Assembly (NCBI RefSeq): GCF_004010195.1
Contig: NC_057719.1
Coordinates: 73,535,447-73,599,446, forward strand
DNA: 64,000 nucleotides
Direction: 5' to 3'
Origin: Chiloscyllium plagiosum
Lineage: Eukaryota
The notes below the pieces were generated by a model. The model was given only the letters and a program-made list of their open reading frames with translations. It searched no databases and was not told the origin of the DNA. Shown one piece after another: positions 12,105 through 22,989 of this stretch (positions within the stretch are counted from its first letter, which is position 1; every line of letters starts with the position of its first letter). Made by a program: the position numbers and the translations under genes.

Positions 12105-12662
12105 GGCAGTGCCACTTTCGGAATACTGCATGCAATTCTGGTCTCTCTGCTTTTTGTAGGATGTTGTGAAACTTGAAAGGGCTCAGAACAGATTGACAAG
12201 GATGTTGCCAAGGGTGGACGGTTTGAGATAAAGGGGGAGGTTGAATAGGCTGGGGCTGTTTTCCCTGGAGCATCGGAGGCTGAAGGGTGACCTTGTAGAG
12301 GTTTATAAAATCATGAGGAGCATAGATGGGGTAAATAAAGAAGGTCTTTTTCCTGGGGTGGGGGAGTCCAAAACTAGAGAGCATAGGTTTAGGCTGAGAG
12401 GGGAACGATTTAAAAGGGACCTAAGGGGCAACTTGTTTACACAGAGGGTGGTACGTGTATGGAATGCGCTGCCAGAGGAATTGGTGGAGACTGGAACAGT
12501 TACAACATTTAAAAGGCATCTGGATGGGTATATGAATAGGAAGGATTTAGAGGCATTTGGGCTAAATGCTGGCAAATGGGGCTAAATTTATTTAGGAGAT
12601 CTTGTTAGCATGGATGAGTTGGACTGAAGGATCTGTTTCTATGCTGTACATCTTCATGACTA
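12105..12662 (+). mobile_element. CR1 LINE 3' fragment
   Basis: ORF 12241-12585 LGLFSLEHRRLKGDLVEVYKIM...WNALP; CR1 3' UTR. Confidence 0.92.
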
Positions 12663-13135
12663 ATTAGTAGTGTTATCCAGCTCATTGATACTAAGCAGCA
12701 CAGTAGTAACTTGGCATCATGGCACACAACTGAAGGATGCACCTCTTAATATGAGTGGTTTGCAGCAAAGCAGATTTGGTTTAAAGTTGTTCCACTGGGA
12801 ATAAAATATTTCAAAACAGCATAAACCTCCTTGTGATGTTATGGTCTTGCTATTTATTAACTGACCTTGCTTGCACATGAATTTGATTAAGAATCAGTAA
12901 GGTCTGTTCTAACTAGGTGGTTGGAGCTAGTGCTATGTGGGGCATCTGAAGTGCAGTATTCCATTCATTTCTTTGATGTATTTGTCCAAAATGATGGAAT
13001 ATATAAAACTGACTGCTGGCATTGACATTAGGCTAAACTCGTGGACATAATTTGCATTTGGCCCTGAAAAACACTGCCAACCTGGATTGAATGGGGTGAA
13101 CAAATTTTGGATCTCCTGTCACATTTAATGTCAGA

Positions 13136-13261
13136 GGGGAAAGTGAGGTCTGCAGATGCTGGAGATCAGATCCTGAAGAAGGGCTTATGCCCGAAACGTC
13201 GATTCTCCTGTTCCCTGGATGCTGCCTGACCTGCTGCTCTTTTCCAGCAACACATTTTCAG
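13136..13261 (+). mobile_element. PLE (family 1) mini-insertion: inverted tail plus hammerhead unit
   Basis: Antisense tail GGGAAAGTGAGGTCTGCAGATGCTGGAGATCAGA then the sense unit; TSD CACATTTAATGTCAG / CACATCTAATGTCAG (13120-13134 / 13262-13276). Confidence 0.9.
13170..13203 (+). ncRNA. Minimal type I hammerhead ribozyme motif with intact core
   Basis: ATC-CTGAAGA-A-GGGC-TTAT-GCCC-GAAA-C-GTC-GAT: stem I ATC/GAT, CUGANGA, 4-bp stem II, GAAA, GUC triplet. Confidence 0.75.
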
Positions 13262-13687
13262 CACATCTAATGTCAGGGCTTGCTTTTATTTTTGTGTCTA
13301 TTTTCTGACTGTTGTCAGTCAGATAGGCAGCTGGTCAGAGGCGAATTGCTCCAAGTGGCAGTTGGGGAGGTGCCACATCAGAGTGTGTGTATGTGGGTGG
13401 GGTGGGGGGCTGGTGTTGTCAGTCAAGTCCAATGACTGGAAATCTCTGGTTGGTTGATAGATAAACCAGGGAATGTGGACGGAATCACCCCTGGTCCAGC
13501 CCATTGTTCCCGCCTTCCTTCAGCTTCCTGTTTCCCTGAGACCAGGGAAGCTTACCAGCCCCAAAGGAGATTGGTGTAACTCAAATCCACCTTCAGTATT
13601 ATTTATCCAGGGGAAACAAGATCTGTTGTAACTCATTTCTGTTGCAAAGTGCAAAGAAAGCATTGATTGACATAGCCATTCTGTATT

Positions 13688-13900
13688 TCATAGAATCACA
13701 GTGTGGAAACAGTCCATTCAGCCCATCAGGTTCACACTGACTCTCTGAAGGGCCGTCCACCCAGACCCATCCCACTACCCTATCCCTGTAACCCCGCATT
13801 TCCCATGGTTAACCCCACCTAACCTACAAATCCCAAGACACTATGGGCAATGGAGAATGGCCATTCCACCTAAACTGCATGTCTTTGGACTGTGGGAGGA
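13688..13900 (-). mobile_element. HE1-type SINE 3' part
   Basis: Reverse complement contains CCCACAGTCCAAAGACATGCAGTTTAGG...CTGTTTCCACACTGTGATTCTATG. Confidence 0.8.
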
Positions 13901-15499
13901 CTGTGATATGTTTAACTATTTTTCTAGTGTTTAAATAGTTCATGATTCATTGCGATTAATACAATGAGCAACAGTCGAATATGTCCGTTATTATACTGAT
14001 GGGAAAGTCTGAATGATTTGCTCATGACTAAATTGCTTTTCATAAAATACTGCAAAACACAAGTGGGCTATTTGGCTCATTAAATCTACACTTTTGTTTC
14101 ATTCCCTGACTTCCCCTGCTCAACTTGGCAATTTTTAAAATCCTTCAGTATTTATCCTTTCTTTTGTTGAAGGCTACGTATGTGTCTGCAGCAACCATGA
14201 TGATATTTCAGTGCTCCAAGTTGTAATCTTTCATGGAGTAAAGTCATTTTTTTCCTTATATCACCTGTTTGCTCCACCAATCACCACCATCCCCACTCCC
14301 CGCCCCCCCTCCCCGCCCCACCCCCGATTATTGGCCATTCAGTCACTGAGACTAGTTTAACTTTACTTGCTCTATCTTTATCAAATCACATCTTTTCTCT
14401 GTTCAGTGGAGAACAACTTCAGCTTCGATTGTCTAAATGCTTAGTTATCCCTTGTCCCTCGAGCTGTTCTCGTGAAATCTGCAAAGCTTCTACAAGCTTT
14501 CTGGAGTGTCTGAAGTTGAACACAATGCATCAGCCAGAGCCTAACTAATGTTTACTAAAATTTATTTTTAGACATTTTACTTGAATGAATGGTGATGCCA
14601 GTCATTCAGAATCATTTCAGTGCAGATCTGCAGTGAACTCTGTATGTTGGTTATTGTCCTACATGTATAATTAATAGTACAGTTATCATTAGTAGTTACT
14701 TAAATATCAAGTAATTAACGTAGTTGCAGAATTTCTCTGCCCCATGCTTATTTGGCAGGCCTTAAACTTCTAACTATTTTGTGTGTGGGCATGCGCCAGG
14801 TTGTTTGGCTAGGGCCCATTGTTTGTGCTGACTATTCTATTGCCTCTGCTAGTAGCCACCCTATTGTGACAGGATCTGAAGATCTCCAAGGTCCTTTTAG
14901 ATGTGCCTCACTGCTGAGTGTTCCTGGCCTTCCCTCCCAATATCTTCACTCCTATCCAAGCAGAATATTCTTGTTCCCTTTTACAATCTGAGCAGCACTG
15001 CTTTCGAGCAGATGTTGGTTTTGACATATAAAAATCTGAAATGTGCATTTTTACAGCAGGTGAGCTGACAAGTCAGAAAGGCAGTTAATAGGCTCCTTGA
15101 AGATGTGTTAATCCAACAACATAAACAGTACATGGGAGATGGATATCATAGTGCATTTGATTCAGAATGCACAGGGCTTCTTGTTGGATGGAGGGACTGT
15201 TGTGTCACAGGTTTTTGGTTTCTTCATAGCAAGGTTTTGGAATTCAGACAGGCTTGAATAGAACTGCACGGATTACAGATACATATGAGAGTTGGACATG
15301 CTGTTTGAGGAAGGATATAGCTGCTATGTTGAGGCCTAGTTTTGTCATTCCAGTCCGTTAGCCTGACTTGTCTCATCTCATTTTGAGAATAACTGAAATG
15401 TAAATAACAAAAGTCAGTAACAAAAGGGCGTAATTTTAAGGAGAAGAGCAAGATGTTTAAGAGGGATTTGAGGACGGTGCAGGCTCAATAGCAGATGGC

Positions 15500-16066
15500 A
15501 TTAAAACAGCAGCTAATGAACTTGAAAGACCCTACACAGACAATAAGCAAAATAATGTGATTTACAAAATACCTTGCAAGAACTGTAATAAACACTACAT
15601 TGGACAAACAGGCAGAAAACTAGCCACCAGGATACATGAACACCAACTAGCCACAAAACGACATGACCCTCCCTCACTAGTATCCTTACGTACAGATAAG
15701 GAAGGACATCACTTCGACTGGATCAACACATCCATCCTAGGACAAGCCAAACAGAGTCATGCACGAGAATTTCTAGAGATATGGCATTCCAACAGGAACT
15801 CTATCAACAAACACATTGAGTTAGACCCCCATCTACCACCCTCTGAGAAAAAGAAAAGGAAATGACATCACCACAGGAGATGACATCACCAACCCAAAGA
15901 AAACCAAAGATATAAATCTAAAGCAGGAATTATCAGCAGTGCTTCGCCCGGAGGCCCACTGAAGATGTTACCTAGTAGGGTGACAAAACGTCTGGAAATG
16001 AACCTCCCAGCTCAGAAAGCAAACCTACATCTTCAACCTGAGCTACAAATCTTCTCAAAACTTGCT
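15500..16066 (+). mobile_element. Penelope/Poseidon-type PLE 3' fragment: GIY-YIG endonuclease plus pLTR with hammerhead motif (family 3)
   Basis: IYKIPCKNCNKHYIGQTGRKLATRIHEH...AREFLEIWHSNRNSINKHIELDP; CCA-CTGAAGA-T-GTTACC-TAGTAG-GGTGAC-aAAAC-GTC-TGG at 15956-15995. Confidence 0.9.
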
Positions 16067-16445
16067 ATGGCCCTCTACTGTGCTGTATGACACATGGACT
16101 TGATATTCCTTCAAAAGTTGAGGAAGAAATGTTTTGGCAGTGGGGTGTGTTCAGAGAGATGGTCAGTTCTGCCAATCGAGAAGTCAGAGATAAGGAACGC
16201 ATGGACAATCATGTCAACCAACAGGAGTCTTGGTTGGAAATTCCCTTTGAGTAGTATTGCTTCAGCTGCCTGTTATACAGCTACACAGTATTCAGTTCTG
16301 TCACAAAACCTTTTTTCAACAGTTAGAAATCCTCTGGAAAGGAAAGATGACACCCAAAGCAAGTCAGCTCATGAAAGAGACAACAAAATCATGGGTGATT
16401 TTGAGTTGGCTGCTGAAACATTAACTTAGCTTTGTGAAAAAAGCT

Positions 16446-16998
16446 AGGAGAAAGTGAGGACTGCAGATGCTGGAGATCAGAGTCATCCCTGGGACACCTG
16501 CACCAACCAACCCCATCGCCCCGTGGCTGAACACTTCAATTCCCCCTCCCAGTCCATGAAGGATATGCAGGTCCTGGGACTCTGCTATCGCCAAACCCTA
16601 ACCACCTGATGCATGGAGGAAGAACACCCCATCTTCTGCTTTGGGACCCTGAAACCACATGGAATTAATGTGGATTTCACCAGTTTCCTCATTTCCCCTC
16701 CCCCTACCTTATCCCATTCCCAAGCTTCCAAACTCAGCACCACCCTCTTGACCTGTCCATCTTCTTTCCTATCTATCCACTCCGCCCTCCTCTCCGACAA
16801 ATCACCTTCTCCCTCACCTTCATCTACCTATCACATTCCCAGCCACTTTCCTCCCAGCCCCACCCCCTTCTATTTATCTCTGAGCCCCCTGGCCCACAAG
16901 CCTCATTCCTGATGAAAGGCTTATGCCCGAAACGTCGATTCTCCTGCTCCTCGGATGGTGCCTGACCTGCTGTGTTTTTCCAGCACCACTCTCTTGAC
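16446..16998 (+). mobile_element. Neptune-type PLE 3' fragment with inverted tail and hammerhead motif
   Basis: EEEHPIFCFGTLKPHGINVDF (endonuclease C-terminus); core CTGATGA..GCTTATGCCCGAAACGTC 16909-16936; TSD TTTGTGAAAAAAGCT / TTTGTGAAAAAATCT (16431-16445 / 16999-17013). Confidence 0.9.
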
Positions 16999-17974
16999 TT
17001 TGTGAAAAAATCTGCCTGTCCAGAACCTACTCAACTCTTTCGATTGCAATGAATAGAAATGAACTCTGGGGCATTTTCTATAATGTGTGGCTGACCTGCA
17101 GCAATGCTCAGTTGGGCACTTGAAAAATGGCCCCGGGATTTTTTTTGAGGAGGGAAATGAGCTTCAGGTAAACAGAATGCTTGATGATTATTACTCGTAT
17201 GTTTACTTGTGATCTGATGTAAAACAGTTTCATGTGTTATATCTCATCTCGTCTCAACAAGTGTTGCAAATTGCTTTTGAAAAAGCATTAAAAAAGGCAT
17301 TTTATAGGAACATGTGCAAAAATCATGATATCCATCCCTGATCATGAAATGCTCTGTTACTAATTATGCTGTCATCGAATTAGTTACTGGGCAATAAGGG
17401 CGTTTCTAAGAACGTAACATGTTCCATCAACTTACGTGAATGCTTGTCATCACTTATATTCTGAAACTTCTGACAGGAAGTAAAAGTCACAAATACTTTT
17501 CCTTTATACGACTATGTCACATTTATCAGAATTATAGTTTTGGTTTGTTGCCATTTATTTGAAAACATAAACAAACAAGCTTGATAAGTCGGTTTGTAAA
17601 TGGGGTTCATTTAACATAGTTACAGTATTTTTGTAATGAAGAACATCTACATTTTTTTCTGCAAGATGAGGTAGGATACTGTCCAAGGTTTATCAGGTGG
17701 CATTGCACAGTGCATGTGACTGTATCAACATGTGCTTTTATAAAAATATTGTGAGAGATGCACTAATTTTCTGTCCATCACACAACTAACCAGGAATTTC
17801 TCCTTCTCTTGCAACCTATCATTGGTATGTGTTCAGAGGTTTTGCTGGTTGATCCTCAAACTGCTTGGCTTTGCGATGAATGGACCTTCCTTGAGTCGTC
17901 AGGTCTTGGAGTGGGACTTGAACTTGGAAGATGGCATAACAGGACCATTACTCACTGTATCACAAAGTTTAGGT

Positions 17975-19790
17975 GCCTATTGCCAATCCATGACATGCAA
18001 AACCTTTTTCAAGCCATCGGGGAAATCTATGGACCGAGGTGAAATGGTCAAAATTCCCTTTGCACAGGGTCCTGTCCTTGTGTTTAAAGATGGTGATGCT
18101 GTTTGTCAATTCACAAAAGAAAATTTCCAACAAGAAATTTCCTGTGAATGCATAGTAGCAGCTGATGCTCTCCAGACTATGTTTCAGTCCCCAGTAGTAG
18201 GATCATGGGTAAACTATTATCAGAAGGAGAGATGCAGCAAGAACTCAAGCCAAACCAAAGCCTATGACTATGATTGTATTCCATTTGAGTCTTTGGTCAT
18301 AGAGAGACTCCATGTGCTCATCTTGCCGATGTGGCAGAGTAAAGAACTTGAGCAATGCTACAGAAGTCACTCTTTTCAAGAAGAGAGATTATCACTCAGA
18401 AACTGTTGAGGGATTTCTCTGTTATCCCCATTTACAAATTCACCTGAATTGCCTACTTCATATGGCTGACCAAACCTTGACAGAGATGAAGTGTAGCTTT
18501 CGGCCTTCCAGATGAACCTTTGATATGTCTTGTTGCCAGGAAACTCCAAGTAAAATGCCAAGAACAGCACCAGGAATTCTTCGTTGCATTCATCAACCCA
18601 ATCAAAGCATTCAAAATTCATTAAGCTCTGTGGATTATACTCCAAAGTTGTGGATGCCCAACCAAACATCTTCACAATCCCACAATTCCATGCTCTGTGA
18701 TGATATGACTTCAGCTATCTTGACTGGGAGATCCAAAGCAGACCCCCTCGACATCTGCATCAATGTCCAGCAAGTCTGTGTGATAATCCCCATGGTATTT
18801 ACCTGGCATTTGGTTGCTCACCTCGTCAAAGGGAAACGGTCCTATAGTGTGTATATTGGTTGTGGGCTAGATAGAAAGCTCTTTAACTTCAGTTGTCTCT
18901 TCGCTAATAGCAAACTGGCCACCCGAGATATGCATGATCTCTGCGAGATGACAGTTGTTGCTCATCCTCCACCAGGTTTATAAGCCACTCTGGATTTCTG
19001 CGATTGTCCTGACAAGGCCTGTCCTTGAATGTTGCCAAAATAAAACTCATACATCAACCCAGACCTGGTCAGTCAAACATTCAATCTCCCTCTTGTGTTG
19101 AAGATGAGACTGTGGAATATACTGATCACTTCCCATACCTTTTGCAGCCATCTCTCTCAGGCTGTCATTCTCAAGAAGGCTAAATACCAGGTCAGCTGTG
19201 CCAATTCAGTCTCCTACCAAACAACTCCACAGGTGTTTGATAAACAAAGACCCATGTAAGTCAGCAAGGGTCTTAGTGTAGACAGCACTTATTATCACCA
19301 CAGGGCAGTACTGTCGTGAGACCTGGACTGTGTTGTCAGTAACACGTAAAAGTACTGGAAGAATTTAACCAACAGTGCCTCCACCATTTTCTCTGAATTT
19401 AGTGGGAGAATCGTTGACACATTTGTGTCCTTCTTGAAGCCAAGTCCACAAAACATTCAGTTAAAACTGAAAAATCAACTTCAGTGGCTTGGGACTGGTC
19501 ATTGTGTCTAGATGGTGAATAGTGTTCAACTCCGCTCCCCCCGTCCCAAAAAAATGCCACCAAAATCAGCCCGTTTTCTCAACTCTCAAATGGCTGGTTT
19601 TCTGGAAAGGCTGATGAAAGTACCCCAAATGCATTTGGAAGTAGAGCAGCATTGATATTAATAACTGAGAGGTGCTTGCTACAAATGTTCAAAGTGTTGA
19701 CAATGAGTATGCTGCATCTTACAGAGCAGAACTGCCTCAATGATGAGGCAGAATGGGAACAGAGAAAGAAGGGCATAAAGAAAATCCTGC
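17975..19790 (+). mobile_element. Decayed RTE-clade LINE ORF
   Basis: Frameshifted peptides HDMQNLFQAIGEIYGP, HLNCLLHMADQTLTEMKCSFRPSR, LNVAKIKLIHQPRPG, VEYTDHFPYL, YCRETWTV, QLQW..GH follow the RTE ORF order. Confidence 0.8.
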
Positions 19791-19929
19791 ATTCCGGATT
19801 TTGCCATCTTGAATAATAACTTTTGCCTAAAAATCTGCAGTTCGAGACCTGCCCTGTGAATTAAAGGACAGTTGGTGATAACATTATGACTAGGGAAATG
19901 AATGTCATTGTCAGTGCAAGCTGCGGGTA

Positions 19930-19932
19930 TGT

Positions 19933-19963
<31 letters not shown>
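19930..19963. repeat. (GT)n microsatellite
   Basis: Direct reading. Confidence 0.95.
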
Positions 19964-20004
19964 AAGAGTCTGATTATTCCAAACTAATGCTCTTGCTGTT
20001 TTTT

Positions 20005-20222
20005 TTCAGCCAGTGCAGAATTGAACCTATGCTGTTGCTGTGACTTTGCATTGCAGACTGACCATCCAGTCAGCTGAACCCTCCCATGAAGTTTCTGCAT
20101 TGTCCGCTTCACCTGAAGCAATGGTGACCCTTAGAAAAAACTCACTACTACCAATTGTTCTTCCAAATGAGAGGCAGAAAGTAGCCTATTGTCTTTTGGG
20201 AACTTGGTGACTTTCACATTTC
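20005..20222. mobile_element. tRNA-derived SINE with inverted 5' head
   Basis: 20005-20080 is the tRNA head on the minus strand and 20081-20222 is the body on the plus strand, by comparison with the colinear copy at 3985-4195. Confidence 0.65.
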
Positions 20223-20774
20223 ATTGTTATTGCTCAATGAATATTATTGAGATGGTTTGGATTTGTCTGTGCTTACATATTTTAAGTGTCATGAGTTAGG
20301 TAGGTCAGTGTTAGATGGAGCAGATGAACTCTATTCTTCAAACCAATCACCACGGGGTTTTTGTTTCCTTCTCTCTACATGTTGTGGATGAATTGTTGGA
20401 GATTTATTGCTATAATTAGCAATTCCATGACTGTTGTACAAATCAACTGCCAAGATATAGAGGGTGAACTGGATGATCTTTCATTGTCTGGCAATTCCGG
20501 TGTTCCTATTTTATTCTGAAGGTATGAAAATAGTGGATGAATGACCTCCTTCTGCACTATAACAACTCTGTAAATACTAACAAAAAGCATTCTCAGTGCA
20601 ACTTTTTCAATGATATATGGAATTGAATACCAATTATTATATTTTATTAACGATCATTTCACATTTACAAGTATGATGCAGTTCAAAGAATTTTTTATCT
20701 GAAAATGCAATCTGTTACTGACAATGTAGTGCATACTTCAAATCAATTTGAAACTGTTTGCTTCAAAATTTTGT

Positions 20775-21126
20775 TCACTGATAGTGAGTTGTGCTTCAGT
20801 GCCTGAGATTGGGCGCATTGCACGTACTGTTTAAGCTCCTAACGAGAAATGAGAGCTTCTTTGCTGACTGATGATAACCACGGTATTCAATGGCAGCCTG
20901 CATAACATTTGCCGACAGCTGTGTGAGGCAATGCCACTCCAAGCCAACACCCAGCCCCTCCTCCCAGTGATATTACCGTGAATGTTATTTGTGGGTCATT
21001 CCAGCAACTCCACACATAACGCACAAAAGGACACAGGCCAGAGTATTGTACAGCTACCTGGAACGTTTGGATGGTACTTTCTACAGTTTATATATGTATT
21101 TAGAACAGATTGTTGCTTTAGTGAGT
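20775..21126 (+). promoter_or_regulatory. Candidate promoter and non-coding first exon (possibly of SPTB)
   Basis: TE-poor island with retained CpGs. Motifs: TGATAG 20779, inverted CCAAT 20808, MARE-like TGCTGACTGA 20862, TGATAA 20872, E-box CAGCTG 20916, CACCC 20948, CCCCTCCTCCC 20955, donor TTA|GTGAGT at 21121. Confidence 0.4.
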
Positions 21127-22989
21127 AGAATATTGTATATATTTTTATTATTATTTAATGACGCCATAGTAAATTGTAGTTTGATAATTATGTGTAAATG
21201 AAAACCACACAGTGGAGTAAGTTGTGAGACAGAGACGATGGAAAATTTAAAAACAATAGCTCCAGCAATTTTTGATTAGAGCTAACGTAACTGTAAGTCA
21301 AAGTGTATTTCTTGTTTTTAAAAGTTATTTCATTTCACATTTTTGCTGTAAACTGTCTTTTGAATGAAATCATAAGCATTCTTACTATTTTAGGAAATCA
21401 TATTGTCAGCTTTATAACCAGTGTGTGCTTGGTAATGATATAAGTTGGCTCAGAATTTTATGATGTTTTTAACCTTAGCAGGAGCATTTTCCTTCTGTTT
21501 CTGACCTCTGCTGGATGACCTGGTTAAAGTCGTATGCGTTTTCTGCCTGACATAACATAGGACAGGCCCACATGAGAAGTATGTGTTTTAAAAGCACCAG
21601 TATTTTCATGTGTGGCTTTCTGTTTAAGATTTCAATCATTTGCGTGATGTTAGCCACAGTACATATATCATCAGAGCCAGTGATGACTTGGTTAATTTTT
21701 ATCAATCTGTTAAGTCTTCAAGCAAAAACTCTGTGGAACCAAATAATTGAAATGTTGACTAAAGTTAGAATTACGAGTTTCTGCTTGGGTGCCATTGATG
21801 ATCTGGGTACAAATTGTGTCCATGATTGCATTCATTTTGATAAATACTCTTCTGTTTAGTTTCCACTAACACTCAGTGCACGTTACTGAATACAAAATCT
21901 ACTGTTAACAAACTCAGTTGGGCATGACTTTAAAATGTAATTTTTATTACTTTTTTTTTCAAAAAACACGATGCATTAGTGAAGCTTGATTAATGGAGCA
22001 ATAAGTAAGATGATCCCGTTTAAAAAAAAAAGTTTTTAATCATTGTCGGTGTTCTTCCCTGAAATAACCTAATTGTAAATTACTAATTACGATTTTTAAA
22101 ATATGCAAACCCATTTGCTAGTTTTCTTGGGGTACAGTGCTCCATTCCTTGGTAAATGAAGCAAACGTTCCATACTAATTCTTATAAAACATACTGATTG
22201 CTATCTTTGCCAGCAAAAGGCACCATTTATGTTTTAAAGCCAATCTGAAGGTCAGCAAATGAATGCCGTTAGTGGAAACTCAATGGTGATGAATTTAATC
22301 TGTGCGTGTGGCAGGTTTTACAGCCAGTACCAGTTTACAAAACAGTGCTTTTTAAAACCATCTCAAAAGCTTGCAGAAACTTGTACAAGTAACATGATGG
22401 AATATGCACAATCCTGGGAAAATAACCCCATAGATTAAAAAGTGCTTTGGAACATGGGGTGCTGTATTGTGATCATTTAATCATTCAGTTTGATTGCAGT
22501 ATAACGTTTTAAAATTATACCAACATTTTTCATAACTTACTTGCTTAGTCATTTTGTTGATAGTGCTTTTAATCATAATCAAACACTTAATAATCTACCT
22601 AATCAGCACAGCTTATTGTGTAGGCTTCAACTGAATAGGTTCCACAAATAAAATTAGACACTTAGTTGGGCATGATTACTGCAAGTAAATTTCACTGATG
22701 GCAAAGTCCTCACTATCTATTTCCATGGCTTTATCCTTGAAAGAGGCAGGGTATTTCGGTATTTAGTTGTATGTAGGTGGTTGAATGCTACAGAAGGGAA
22801 AACTGAATTATGATTCAGATCAATTTACCAACAAATGACTTGATGTGTAACACAGAGAATATTGGTTACCAGTAAGGTGGCAGATGTCCCGAGGCCAATT
22901 TAACTATCTTAACTTTTGTTTCAATTTTCTGGGAACTGAAGAGACTTGCTGTTGAAATGCACTAATCAAAATGAACAGATATGATATGT

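Noticed and set aside
17822..18409. 195-aa ORF as a host gene
   Set aside because: It begins in a SINE tail and runs through frameshifted RTE sequence; no splice or host-protein signature.
1..20700. Exons of a neighbouring gene such as CHURC1
   Set aside because: I could not recognise any matching coding segment on either strand; small exons could have been missed by eye.
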